Shown: positions 13,201 through 25,025 of the stretch, piece by piece
Layout: each line of letters starts with the position of its first letter
How positions within the stretch are numbered: position 1 is the stretch's first letter
DNA from: Hydrolagus affinis
Lineage: Eukaryota
Direction of reading: 5' to 3'
NCBI GenBank assembly: GCA_012026655.1
Contig: JAAILG010001685.1
Span: 1 to 63,148, forward strand
DNA: 63,148 bases
The notes under the pieces: model-generated
What the model was told of the DNA's origin: nothing
Databases searched by the model: none
The model's input: the letters and a program-made list of their open reading frames with translations, nothing else
Translations under genes and position numbers: made by a program

Positions 13201-16200
13201 AGCATATGCTGCATGCTTTTTTGAAAACAACCCTTTAAGAATACTATTACAATATTTCAAACGTTCTGATAATTTTTCTTTCTTTCCAACTTGATGCTGC
13301 TGTTGTGAATCTGGTAGATCCTTTTTTGGTGGTTTAATTGATCGACTGCTTTCCCTCCTTGAAGGAAATTTTGTAGGCTTTGGTTCTGTAAATGTTGGTG
13401 AGGACTCACTACTTGTAGCAATAATGGGAGCGGTGGGAGTAGTAGTGTCAGCCTTCCTTTTGATACCTTTCTTTACCTTGTTTACAAGAAAGCAAGTAAG
13501 AGACAATACAACAAGCTGCTTAATACACAAATAAGCACTTTGAGACATTGATAAGAAAAGTGCTATATCAAATGCAAGGATTATTATTAAATAAAATGTA
13601 CACAACTCAACTTGTGCTTTACAGGCTGTTTGGAAACAGAAATGACCTCTGACCAACTCAGGATACTGGCGAAGGGTTTTGATGGAATCATTTTCTTAGG
13701 AACTCTCAGGACCAACAGAAAACATTTTGACAGCTTTTGATCCTACTAAAATATTAAAAAGTAATCTGCCTTACATCTGGCATATTATGGGAATGTTACT
13801 TGATTAAGATAGCTAAGTGTAGCAAGAAAATCTTAGGAAATTACATACTAAAAGTGATGCCTCCCCACCAAAAGCAGCTCTGATTAAAAATATTCTGAGG
13901 ATTGAGAGTGTATAACTGAGGGATTTACAGAAGCGCTTTGAGACGTATTGACAATATGATAGGGCCCTATATCAAATGCAATATTTATATTTATTTAATA
14001 TAAATGATCACAAATGCATTACATCTGTAAGTTATGCAGAATTAGAAATATAACACTTACTTTTGCCACAGGCTTGGCTGGTGATATTAAAGGAGGGGAT
14101 GCAATAGCAGGCATCAAAGGTTTTGTTGGAGGTGGCACTACAGTCATTAATGGTTGTGGAATTCTAACTCCAGGTGCAGTTGATCGTAGTTTTGCTTGTG
14201 AAGTCGAGCCCACTGTTACTACCAAAACAATACACTGCAGTTGAAGCAGTCCAGAGTTAAATATCGATATTATGACTAGCAGCTGACTGCATTTGAAGGT
14301 GATTGCAGGACTGTCCATCCTCAAGCAACAAATCATAATTGTTATCTTCAGTGCCCACTTAATTCTTTGTAAAATTATCAGAATACAGTAAAAGCCCGTT
14401 TATCCGGCACCCTTGGGACCTTGCCAATGCCGGTTAAAGCGCACGCCGGATATTCAGCCGAAAACACACACACCCCCAAAAAAAATTTACATGCATTTTT
14501 CTGGATAAATCGAATGCAGATTTTTTTTTAATCGAATACAGACTTTTTTTTTGAGGTGCCGGTTATACGGAAGTTACGGTTGATCAGGTGCTGAATAAAC
14601 AGGCTTTTACTGTATTGTATATCGATAAGACATAAAATGCTAAATTTATGCAAAATATAAAATTCCTATAATTGAAAGATTCACCAATAGTTAACTTACA
14701 GAGTTTTGCTCCTCCTCATTATGTTAGATTGTGATGAATCAGGGCTCACTGATCCAATAAATATCCAAATGCTCAATCAAAAGCAAATACACTAGTAAAA
14801 AGATAATCTTTTGAAAATGCACAATTGGGTCAATTTAGTAATGTATTCAATATTTATTATTCCGAATTTACCAAGATGTGTCAGAGTAGCCCATACCCTA
14901 ACATTAATCTCAACAGCAAATTCAATGAAGCACGATCAATAAGAGCAAAGAACATTGAGAACTCAGAATTTGATCATCAAGTTGTAGGTATCACTCCATT
15001 CAATCAACCATGCATCAGATGAGTTAACTTTCAACATTAACACTTTTTTAAAAATAAATTTTTCATACAAGTGAACAAATACTGAACACCCAGGCTATTA
15101 TTTTATATTTGTATTTTAGCAGTTATATTATATGGGTATTGGACATCAATAGCCTTTTTGTATAGTTTGTACTATTGATAATTGTGTAAAATTCTCAATT
15201 TCCAAGAACTGTATCATGTTTTTTTTACAAGAATATTTCCCTAACCAGTTACCTCGTCCTTTTCTTCTTTTGCTTTTCCCACTTTTTCTTCCAAACACAG
15301 AGAACTCGATTTCTTCTTGTGGCATTTGTGCTAACTTCTGTAGAAAAAGTTTCTCCAACGTTTGTGCCATTATTACGATGTCATCACCTGGCTACAAACA
15401 CAAACACTTTATACTTTTTGTCAAACAAAAAAAGTTAATTCATTCATCTACATTCTAAAACTATACATACCCGGTTATACACATAACAGTTGGTAAACAT
15501 TGTTTTTAAATCTTCTATACACTCCATAGATTTCCAGTAATAGTGGTTTTCCAAGCGCTTTTGGATGGTGCCCAAGTCCATGGGTTTGTTTATTATTTCA
15601 TAATAATCCTAAAAAATAAGAAATAATGCTAAGCATAGCATGACCAACTTGTGAAAAAAAATTGAACAAAAACAATTATTCACTCTCATTCAGCTCATCT
15701 ATTAAAACCAAGGATATAAAAATAATTAATTAAGGGATTCATACAACAAATGCCTATGAAATAGAATTTAACCTAGTGAACAGTTAATCATTCATTAGGT
15801 TACTATCAGGAAGTTATTTACTATTTCTACCTTGGTATTTAATGGTCGACTGCACATAAAAGTACACAAATGTGGATGTTAATGTCATAATTGATTATCT
15901 GTCAAACTGCCATTTTTCTCTTGTGGAAAGTACCACTGTGCAGCTTCGGTAAAAACTAACAGTTGTTAAGGAACGCTTGGAACAGAGCATAAAGCTCTCA
16001 AGAATTGTCAGACATTTATATTGGTGTCCCCTAACTCGGGAAGTTTTGATGCACTGTATAATTTGGTACATCATTACATCATCAAAATAGATTCTCTCCA
16101 GGTTTGCCATCTTGTGTTGATCAACATAGATTCAAAGTACAGTACATACACATCCACAATTCAGACCATCCTGTGATCATAGCTGAAATAACAGCTATAG

Positions 16201-16972
16201 GGAGATATCCAGTATTGTCTCGAGACATTTAACAACAACAACTTCGATTTATATAGCGCCCTCCACGCCGGATGGCGTCTCAGAGCGCTTTGCAATAGCG
16301 GATCCCGGGACCGAGCCAGGGGCAGGGATAGAAAGGTGATCAAAAGCGCCGTCGAAGAGAAAGGTCTTCAGCTGTGACCTGAAACTGGGAAGAGAGGGGG
16401 CGAGGCAAAGGGAGTGAGGAAGGGAGTTCCAGAGCCTCGGGGTGTAGTGGCTGAAGGCATGGCCACCGAGGGTGGAGCGCAGGATTCGGGGGACATGGAG
16501 GAGGCCAGACCCAGAGGAGCGAAGGCTATCATGTCGGCGACCTGATTGTACATAACAACAGTAATGTTGCCACGACAGTGAAGGACAGCTGTCTACATTT
16601 CAAATGTGTTCAATGTTTAGGAATAATGGGAGATTCCTGTGCATGTGCAAATGAACACCTTAAAACACAATAATTGCAGATCCAATTTCAGCTGCTCTGC
16701 AGTGTAATTTGTGAATTATTATTACTACCAATTGATATCATTGTGACGAGATAAAATGTAATTCTTACAGGCAGATTTAGCTTCACAGCATCTACAGGCT
16801 GTTGGAAAGGCCACGCAAAATGGTGCTTCCACAAAGCTTTTACTACCACTTTCTGCAAATATTGGAGCTGATTTGTCATACGGCTAGGTTTCTTCGTGTT
16901 GGAATATTCTGGTGGTGAAGGATTCACAATTGTAGGTTCATGCTGGGGTTTCGACTGTACTTGTGATGACAT
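994..16972 (-). CDS. BRDT: Bromodomain testis-specific protein (BET family), multi-exon, 3'-partial in this window (18 coding exons, about 3275 nt)
   Basis: Exons join in frame across GT-AG introns: BD1 ([18 protein letters not shown]...NCYVYN), BD2 (AWPFYKPVD...[12 protein letters not shown]), ET domain, [18 protein letters not shown]-type segments ([38 protein letters not shown]) and adjacency to TGFBR3 support BRDT over BRD2/3/4. Confidence 0.93.
1804..1928 (-). CDS. BRDT: BRDT exon (YIEAVIP...[10 protein letters not shown])
   Basis: 125 nt, tttag|AT and AAA|gtaggt; end resembles BRD4 EPKTPVAPKK. Confidence 0.8.
2207..2318 (-). CDS. BRDT: BRDT exon (ELKPLCNMK...ARVQK)
   Basis: 112 nt, ttccag|GAA and T|gtaagt. 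Confidence 0.72.
2418..2527 (-). CDS. BRDT: BRDT exon ([14 protein letters not shown]...FTKE)
   Basis: 110 nt after a polypyrimidine tract; donor GAG|gtatgt; phase fits. Confidence 0.7.
4136..4564 (-). CDS. BRDT: BRDT P/Q-rich exon ([23 protein letters not shown]...)
   Basis: 429 nt open, tttag|CT and G|gtaaga; start resembles BRD4 [23 protein letters not shown]. Confidence 0.88.
4745..5072 (-). mobile_element. tRNA-derived SINE (family A)
   Basis: Reverse complement of the tRNA-head/...caaatgcaaggattattatt family seen at 61802. Confidence 0.85.
6073..6226 (-). CDS. BRDT: BRDT exon (VQSLPHRK...HITISPP)
   Basis: 154 nt, ttcccag|GTG and G|gtaaag; ends like BRD4 HAVVSPP|A. Confidence 0.75.
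6374..6435 (-). CDS. BRDT: BRDT small exon ([21 protein letters not shown])
   Basis: 62 nt, cttttctacag| and AAG|gtaact; phase fits; positionally equivalent to BRD4 EMAPKSKKK exon. Confidence 0.75.
9110..9241 (-). CDS. BRDT: BRDT exon, SEED region ([10 protein letters not shown]...SSESSDSET)
   Basis: 132 nt, tag|CT and G|gttagg. Confidence 0.9.
9339..9458 (-). CDS. BRDT: BRDT exon, post-ET helix ([29 protein letters not shown])
   Basis: 120 nt, cag|CT and T|gtatgt; conserved BET segment. Confidence 0.92.
9542..9831 (-). CDS. BRDT: BRDT exon, ET domain ([25 protein letters not shown]...TLRELERYV)
   Basis: 290 nt, cag|G and T|gtaagt. Confidence 0.96.
10530..10729 (-). CDS. BRDT: BRDT exon, motif B coiled coil and Lys-rich basic region ([13 protein letters not shown]...)
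   Basis: 200 nt, cag|CTG and AG|gtacaa. Confidence 0.9.
11273..11458 (+). mobile_element. SINE family A, 5'-truncated
   Basis: Body and (TTA)n tail match other copies. Confidence 0.8.
11551..11742 (-). CDS. BRDT: BRDT exon, end of BD2, acidic Ser patch and start of motif B (DVFEKH...LQEQ)
   Basis: 192 nt, cag|GAT and CAG|gtagaa. Confidence 0.93.
12507..12635 (-). CDS. BRDT: BRDT exon, BD2 core (KRMENREY...[20 protein letters not shown])
   Basis: 129 nt; uncommon gag| acceptor; donor CAG|gtaaga. Confidence 0.93.
13108..13476 (-). CDS. BRDT: BRDT exon, motif A ([13 protein letters not shown]) and first half of BD2
   Basis: 369 nt, aag|GTA and AAA|gtaagt. Confidence 0.95.
14061..14218 (-). 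CDS. BRDT: BRDT exon, Pro-rich BD1-BD2 linker ([10 protein letters not shown]...PVAK)
   Basis: 158 nt keeps frame; donor AAA|gtaagt; a second in-frame acceptor lies 6 nt inside (14212). Confidence 0.8.
14386..14612 (+). mobile_element. Tigger/pogo-like (Tc1/mariner) MITE
   Basis: TIRs cagtaaaagcccgtttat / ataaacaggcttttactg, flanked by TA. Confidence 0.85.
15253..15391 (-). CDS. BRDT: BRDT exon, end of BD1 ([19 protein letters not shown]...)
   Basis: 139 nt, tag|CCA and G|gtaact. Confidence 0.93.
15471..15608 (-). CDS. BRDT: BRDT exon, BD1 core ([15 protein letters not shown]...NCYVYNR)
   Basis: 138 nt, tag|GAT and CGG|gtatgt; conserved acetyl-lysine-binding Asn. Confidence 0.95.
16231..16552 (-). 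mobile_element. L2-type LINE 3' end, CpG-rich (young)
   Basis: (CAA)n tail with gatttatatagcgcc; homologous to 33072 and 42108; possible TSD taacaaca. Confidence 0.75.
16769..16972 (-). CDS. BRDT: BRDT coding exon 1 (MSSQ...KLNLP, start of BD1); the exon with 5'UTR begins near 17080
   Basis: ATG at 16972 with in-frame upstream stop; 204 nt; donor CCT|gtaaga; acceptor cag at 17081-17083. Confidence 0.92.
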
Positions 16973-19900
16973 TTTAAATTTAAAATTTTTCGTACACAAA
17001 CCAGTAGGATGCGATACTTTCCTTACATTTCCCAACTCCCTTGGCCAATCAATATTCCTGTTGAGGCTTCATGGCATAACCTGTGAAGTACAAACATAGT
17101 TGAGAAAATAATTTTATTGTGCAGTTCTAAACACTTCACAGATCAATTAATTCAAACCCCATTTACATTATTTGAATTCAAAAACAATTCCCAGATTTAA
17201 AAAAATCTCCTAGAAGAAAATTGAAACAAGGACTAATGTTTGGGAATGAGATATTAAGATTTCATTATTGTAACTATGTAGATTTAGCAATGTAAAACAT
17301 TTTATCTAATCCATTCAACTCATGCCGTTTACAATTTATAGGTCAGTTTAAAGTTCGATTATCAAGGACAAAAAAAATTAGAATCTGTACTACCCATCAA
17401 CAATTGCCAGTTAAAATTGCACCAGTCGAATTTCGTTTTGGGGGATTGGAAGCAAGGGTGTTGAGATACATCAGTTCTACAGTACAAGTTTAAAACATCA
17501 GGACAAAATCTAAATATAGCACATTGAGAATTTTAATGAAACAAACTCAAAAATCAAAACTGAAGGAGATCTCCTCTATCAAATAGAATTTGCATAGGCT
17601 GCCACATAAATGCTAATTAAGTTCAATGTATGGTGAATTGAAATGCTACTGGAAGGCAGTGAAATGAATTACCTTGAGAAATCAAGGTCATGTTCATGGT
17701 ACACCCTTTCAAAACACCTCATACTATCATTTTGTTAAGAAGACACATTAAATAAGGACTGTATGTATAAAGATAAATCTTCTAATATCCTAATTTTTCT
17801 GAGAAGACTTGCACATTACTGTTTTGTGTAGTCTTCTTACCAAAACAGCGATGTCATACATGAACCAGGTCTTTCTTTCAGGGTGGTAATCATAGGCAGC
17901 CAAATATCCAGTACATTGAAATCTTACAGTACAATTTGCAACGTGTGCATGGAGTGCAGCCCAAAGGTTATATGCATTTGTATGTGGGGTAACGGGCAAA
18001 ATTTGGAAAAGTAGATTGAACCACCCCTTCGGTTATTATCTCTTCCCTCCAGGTGATACTTGGATGACCAACATCCATGTTCCACTGATTTATAGTAACA
18101 TCGGAACCTTTGCAACTTTCTGTCAACATACATATGGAATGATTTTGTTTCAGTTTTTTAAAAATTTGATACCAAACTTTTGTTTCCCAATGAAGATTTT
18201 TTTTTAAAAAACAAGTACTGTACATTGAATTTTTTTAATGTAAATCAATGCAGGGACATGACATAACCTGAAAACTACAATAAATGACTTAATTTCTTTG
18301 AAGAAATCAGATATTTCTCATGAATTAAATTCCTTTAGAGAAAAGAAACCCAATTTTGAAAGGAATGATGCAACCTATTCCAATCCCGGATCGATGAGCT
18401 TCCAAACAACTTCATCCAACGTGAACAGATCTGAAAAGCAGCCAATGGGAATCCAGTATAATTTGGTAGACCCTCAATCCACAGGATGATTACTTTTTTT
18501 TTTTAAAACTCTCGTACAGAATTGCTGAATGAAGATTTTCTCAACATAATAAAATGTCAACTAATTAATTAAATCTGTTCTTAAAAGTTGGCTAATTTTT
18601 TGCTCCACCAAAATTATTCTGATGTAGGTTTTACTGAGATTGACGTTCAAAACCAGAAAGAACACAAATCTTACATTGCCTACTTTCTGGATATTCTTCA
18701 AACAAAAACATCATCCATTCTACTGCAGCCGGTTTGGATTGTCAATTTTATTAGGCTATAATCCTTTCAAGACTAACATCAGATTTATGATTCTTCACTT
18801 TCAGTGCTGCACCAAGCCACTGCAACCAGGGCCATAATATTTTTGAAATAAACATGTCAACCCATGGCTTACGAGTGTGTGCATGACCTGCAACTTTCTG
18901 GAGGATGGTAGTAAAGTACCACTTGGGAGAAATACCTTACCTGGAATCTTGTAAGTTCAAACTTGTGCTCGTTAGTAGTCTGACGAAAACTTATGTTCAT
19001 CCATGGGGGAAGGTAAGATAAGTGGAGATTCTTTTGTGGCAAGATTAGTACCACTATGATTCACCGACTAAAAGGGCAGTGGACTTGTTTACTAGTGTCA
19101 CGTCATCGTTAAGACGGGCTCTAATAAAACTTGGGTGTAGGAGGAAAGAAACAGCTATTGTAGTTTATTCCCCAATTCAAACCATTGGCAAGCCCATCAT
19201 CCACTAAAGAACAGCACTACCTGTGCCTCATCTTGGATAAGGTAGCAACCATCTTCCCATCAGCAGCAGATAGCAAATGACATGACTATTGTTCCAGCCT
19301 AAATTATCTGGTTGAACAGTTGGGCAGTATCTGTTAAAGGTTAGACTACATCCCAAGTCAATGAGTTGCGGTCAACACAAAAAGATGAACCATTTTCATT
19401 TTGCAGTATGCAGCCAATATTTGATAACAGAATATTCTGTCAAAGGATGAAAATTCAATTTAGCTAGACTGATTTTCCCATAAAACCATTAAACAGAGGT
19501 TCAATTGCAAAATCTCAAATTATGTCAAGAGTAGACTACAATGTCTGATTAATAATGCTTAGCAACCTAAATGCAAATCATTTTTTCATTAATTATAAAA
19601 TGTCAGAATTTACCAAAGTAATGGAAATAAAACATCTATTTTTAAAAAGAGTACTTTATCTGTGACCAGAGAAAAAAGAGGGGAGTGTTATAAACTACTG
19701 TTAATAGAATTTGGATTGAGAAAAGCTAATTTCTCTGAATTTTGGGCATAGCAATATAATAATTACTCCATTCAACAAAATAATGGCCCACGGTGTCTTC
19801 CAACTGAGAACTTAATTTCTTTCTTAGCTTTTATTGTAGTGTTGAGTGTGGCAAAATTGGAAGTTACTGGTGGGGGTGGGGTAAAGCCAGCATTGTTATT

Positions 19901-21177
19901 GCCTGCTGCATGAAGCTGCTTCTAACCAGTTTTGAAAAGTTGAATCAGATTGTATGCTTGAGTTTGTAGGCTATTCAATACACCTGGGGAGTGTTTTTCT
20001 GCTGCTTTCAGAACATTACAAAGCACCATCTATTTATCTGAAGAGACATTACATTTTGCTTCAATAGAAAAACCAGATAGGTTTAATAATCTACAAGTGG
20101 TGTTATTCTACATCCCCTCTCCCATTAGAATATAAATACCGATATCCTATATTCATTTTCAAGGCAATATATAGATGAGAGCTGCATTTATCCAATCCTA
20201 CATATTGATAAAGAAAACTTGTTAGAACAAAGCTTGCTTAGGCAAAGGGACAATTGGGAAACCATGTGAGTGGGCTTGAATTTAAAAGCCAAAAAATCAC
20301 CAACTGTTGGAAGTTACAAGCAAAATAGACCAGAAAAAGCAAACAGTACCTGAGTATTAACTACTGTAAATGACTAAAGATAGAGCAAACAGACTTCACT
20401 CCCAATAGTGCATTTCAGATAACATCTGAACACAAAGAAGCAAAGCAGCTAAAGTTTTTAATTTTGCATAGACTAATTGTAAAGGTTCTGTTGATAGGAA
20501 TGGTTAAAAACTATAATAAAAGGCATCTTCCAAACTGCTTCCAACAAATCAAGCAGGATTGTCTGGTCTAGAAATTGTTATGGTCGCAAAGTTTCAAATT
20601 TACGCATATTTGATGACATCACCTACCAAGCTATTAATTTTGTTACTCGCATCGTGTATTTTCAGGTTTACCACCAATGTCCCACCTATATGCCTCTATA
20701 TTAGTTTTGAAGATTTTACTGAAAATGCCAGCTTTAAATACTGAGGGGACAACTTGCTTTTAAACTCAGAAAATAGAAGAGAACCAAAATATACCATTTA
20801 AGTTAAGGTCAATTAAGTTGCAGTGTTAACTTGAAGGGAGCTTCTGTATTTGGTTGCTTTGCTAGATTTACAGCATGGTCCCTCCTTTGTCACACTAATA
20901 CAACAAAGGAGAAACAATGCCGTAAATCTAGTTACATTGCTGGCATTCAACATGTGGACTCCTACATGAAAAGTAGCTGAGTGAGTGAGATCCAAGATGG
21001 GTGACACCATTGCAACCTTAGCTAGTGCACTGAGAAAGAAAAATAATCAGAGCAACATCTTATATCAAATAATTATTGTACTTAATAATTAGTGTTACTT
21101 TATTTGTGCAAAGTCAAGTACTAATGTTTGAAGGAAAATTGCTTGCATTTAACAAAAATAACTTGCATTTAATAGTA

Positions 21178-21385
21178 CAGTAAAAGGCTAGTTATCTGGC
21201 ACCTGATCAACCGTAACTTCCGTATAACCGGCATCGCAAAAAAAGTCCACATTCAATTAACCAGAATTTATCCAGAAAAATGCATTAAAAATTTTTTTTG
21301 GTGTGTTTTCGGCCGAATATCCAGCACGTGCTTTAAACGGCATTGGCCAGATCCCGAGGGTGCCAGATAAACGGGCTTTTAACTG
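21178..21385 (-). mobile_element. Second copy of the same Tigger-like MITE, inverted
   Basis: Reverse complement of 14386-14612; TA flanks. Confidence 0.85.
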
Positions 21386-23664
21386 TACTTTCATTTTTCA
21401 AGCAGTCAAAAACACCATTTATAACATGGCTGATTATAGGAGAACTTTATTCTATACACAAGCAGCATACAATATACCATACAAATATTTGGCTGTGGAA
21501 TTCACTTCACCCATACACAAATGAGAACCCATCTTAACAAAGGTTTATCCCACCCTTAAACAGGAATACTGTATAAAGATTGTACAAACAAATCTGTCGG
21601 GACTCTGACTAAACCAATCACAACAATAGGTTCAGAATCCTAAAGATGTAATGCTGCAATAGAAGTGCATAGTAGGCCCACTTTGTCTGTATTGCTATTT
21701 TGGAACATTTCTAGTTTCAAAGGCCATTTATTCTAGTCACGTAGTCATATGCATCAGAAACTTAAGGATTTGCCATTTTAGCTGGGTCCATCTGCTGGAT
21801 AAACACTGCATCATTGGAGCAGGAGACCATTGCACTTATTAAGCCTGTTCAGCCATTTTGCTGGTTCGCTGCAGATCTAGCTTTTTAAACTCAATTGTGT
21901 TCCATTTTCTCCATACTCCATTTACCTCAATTGATTCTGCTTCCAACAATCACTTGTTTTCTGAATTCAGGGTTAAATAGTTACTTTTCATTTTTAAGAT
22001 TATATAGCCTGCAGTTCTGGATGTCCCCCATTATAGGGGAAACTATTTTGTCAATTCACTTAGGAAGACCTCAATCATCTCACTCCTCATAAATATACCG
22101 GTAGCCTATTTTACCCAACCAGTCATCAATGGTTATTCCATTTTCCATCTTCTATTCACCCAGTGGACACAAGTAGGGCTATTCATCATGATTATTGACT
22201 GACTGAATATGTCAAAATAGTAGCCATCAGATCAATTGCATCTCTAATTGAAGAATTTCCCTTGATTACCGGTAGGTTATAATAGCCATTGGTTAAAGGA
22301 CAACATGATGTAATACTCAATATTATATCAGCAATATACATGTACATTAAGCAAACCTGATCAAGATCTGACAAATTGCAAAAATCACAAACATCACCTC
22401 ATGAGAAAATATTTTTCTGATTGGAATAGAAAAGATTTGAAATGAGGAAGGAGATGTCTGTCTGCTTATATAATTTTTATGCATTTCTTCTTTAGAGTAA
22501 ACAGCCATAATTATTGCAACTGCGCTACATATCCTAGGTAAAGAAAGGCAGACTCCCACGTGGCTAACACATAAGGCAGTTTACTTATGTACACATCCAA
22601 AAATACTTATGTGCACATTCAGTTGTATCAGAATAGTTTCAAATCATTAGTTATATTTCAGTATGTTGATCCAGTATTTGTAAATCCGTGAATGTACTCA
22701 CAATGCCATATTAAAACATCCTGTTCCTTACTAAAACTGCCAAATTGATATGGTCATGATGAAGTCAATATCATCAATTTTAAAAGATGGGGAAATTTAG
22801 GTAACAATGAAAGTACACCAGGCAATGATGAGTCTCCCTCAAGTGATCTAGAAGTAATCAATTATCCACAATTGCTTCCAATTCAACAAAATAAAATACA
22901 AATCTTTTATTGATAAATACCAGATTTATTTACTAACATTTGTCACAATGTACACAAATTAAGTTTCACAAACGTAAGTAGAAATGGTTTATATTTAAGA
23001 GTGCAGAAAATAAACAATAGTATAAATAGATAATACTGTATACAATAATCCAAAATAAAATTATATGCAATCACTTATGGCTGTAATGTATGTAGATCGG
23101 TAGACATCCTAAAATCTGGAAAGGCCTATTATTACAGAACTGGGGTACACAACATTACATTCGTATAGCGCCTTTCACGTCGGGAGGAGATCCCAAACAC
23201 CAGGCCCGTTACAATTTTCGGCAGAACACGGGTTTCAATCCAGATACTGGTGAATAGCGAATTATTTTAAATATAGCTTTATAAGGCAAGGGAGTGAGTC
23301 GTGGGTTCATTTGTAATGCAGTTAAAAACAACAACATCCCGCAATTGCAACCCAGAGATGCTCCATTTGACTACACATCACTTACTTCAGAGTAGACGTG
23401 GTTTCGCTTAATCAGGGGGAACAAAAAGTAAACTTCAAATTCCAGCAACCTTTTTTTGAACGGTTCAATCCGATACCAATAATGAAACTATTTAAATCAC
23501 TGGTTGGTTGTATCAAGACCGCCTGTCTGCTGCTGTTACTGCAACATAACGTGTGTTCACAAAAAAAGTCTCGTATGAATTACAGGTATTTCAATTAGTT
23601 TCCTTTTCTACGCAAGGCTTTCAGTGCAACAGGAAAGAATCTCCTGCTAACGCAAACATCTCAC

Positions 23665-24260
23665 CGTTACCTCGTTTAAGGCAACAAAAAAGGGAATCTG
23701 GGAGGGTTTATAAAGGGTGTGTATTGATGTGGGTTAGCCCTCAAGGTTGTGGCGGAGGCCGGGTTGATAAGAGAGAGATGACCGCAGTGAGAGCGAAAGA
23801 GAGTCACGACAAGCTCCAAACCTGCTAATTCCGCCTTCCACTTGCTTCCTTACAACTCGTGCTCCCATTTGTCACGAGTTCACACGACTTCCAACACGGC
23901 TGTTTACAAGACCAGTCAACTCGGCTACATATATATATATATATAAATCTTCGTATTTCCTCCTCCTCTGGGAGAACTATCCTTTTCTATTTGACGTTAA
24001 TTCATCTTGAGGAAAACCGGGCTTTTTGAAAACAAAATGGCGAACAGCCACCACAGACCGTTAGTGTGAACCGAGTTCAAACAGCGCCGAGCAGCGTCTC
24101 GCGGGGACACCGCGCCCCACAGCGGTCAACCAGGCTGCATTTTGCTTTATATTTAGATATACATGTATATATTTATATATTGGGAGAAACGCCACAACCG
24201 CTTCAAACAACACGCCAACTTCTTTCCAGAAACTTCTTGCCCGCAAGAAGTTAAAGCCAC
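23665..24260 (-). promoter_or_regulatory. Probable BRDT promoter and non-coding first exon (locally CpG-enriched)
   Basis: CpG-enriched patch; minus-strand donors GAG|gtaacg (23671) and CG|gtgag (23665); YY1-like CAAAATGGCG 24033-24042; MYB-type CCGTTA at 23664 and 24058. Confidence 0.5.
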
Positions 24261-24619
24261 GTCAAAATTAAACTGAAGATTGGAGTACTTTTTTTAAAAA
24301 AAATAACACCAACTCCACATCTAAACGAAAATGAAGGATTGAAGTCATCCCAATCTCTTCTGGAGCAAAGGCGAGTTGTGGAGCATCGAAAGTAAGGGGC
24401 GGATTCGAGCGCTTGCTTGTGTTAAAGGGCGTTTCCCAAGTGAATTGCAATAAAGGGCAAGATCGCTAGAGGGCAATTATGGTATTCCATCTCTACCAGA
24501 TAGTCACAAAAGGTTTTTGGAGAAACTTAAATGCATGTCAGTGAATAGGACTTCAATGAAGATTTCTGCATTGAGCAAGATTGGCACAAATGCAGCTTTG
24601 AAGCAATTATGTCAGTCTG

Positions 24620-25025
24620 GTTTTGGTTGCACTCATGCCTGTGAGTCAGGAAAGCTGTGGGTTCAAGCCCCAAATCGAGACTCGAATTCACATGATCCAC
24701 CTAGGTTGACATTTCCAGTACAGTGCTGGAAGTGTTTTGCCTTGTTGGCTGTGCCTTCCTTTGGATGAGATATTAAACTGAGGTCTTGTCCATTCAGGTG
24801 AACGTTGACGAACCCTCACACTATTTGAAAAAGAAGGGAGTTTCTCCCAATGTCCTGGCCAACCACACCCCAAATAAAAATTGTTAATTCCATTGGTGGC
24901 TTTTGGTGAGATGTTTCTGTGACCAAATGGGCTGTACTTCACCTAGAAATAGTCACTCCAAAGTAAATTATATGAAGAAAGCACTTTGAGAAGTCCACTT
25001 GACCATGACTGGTGCTTAAATGTAA
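24620..25025 (+). mobile_element. Old Deu-domain SINE (SacSINE1/AmnSINE-like)
   Basis: ttggatgagatattaaactgaggtc...ttcaggtgaacgtt...cactatttgaaaaagaagggag...gtcctggccaa resembles the Deu central domain as recalled. Confidence 0.65.

Noticed and set aside
994-16972. Calling the BET gene BRD4
   Set aside because: The short BRDT-type N-terminus, several BRDT-type segments and the TGFBR3 neighbour outweigh the BRD4-like P/Q region; a tree would settle it.
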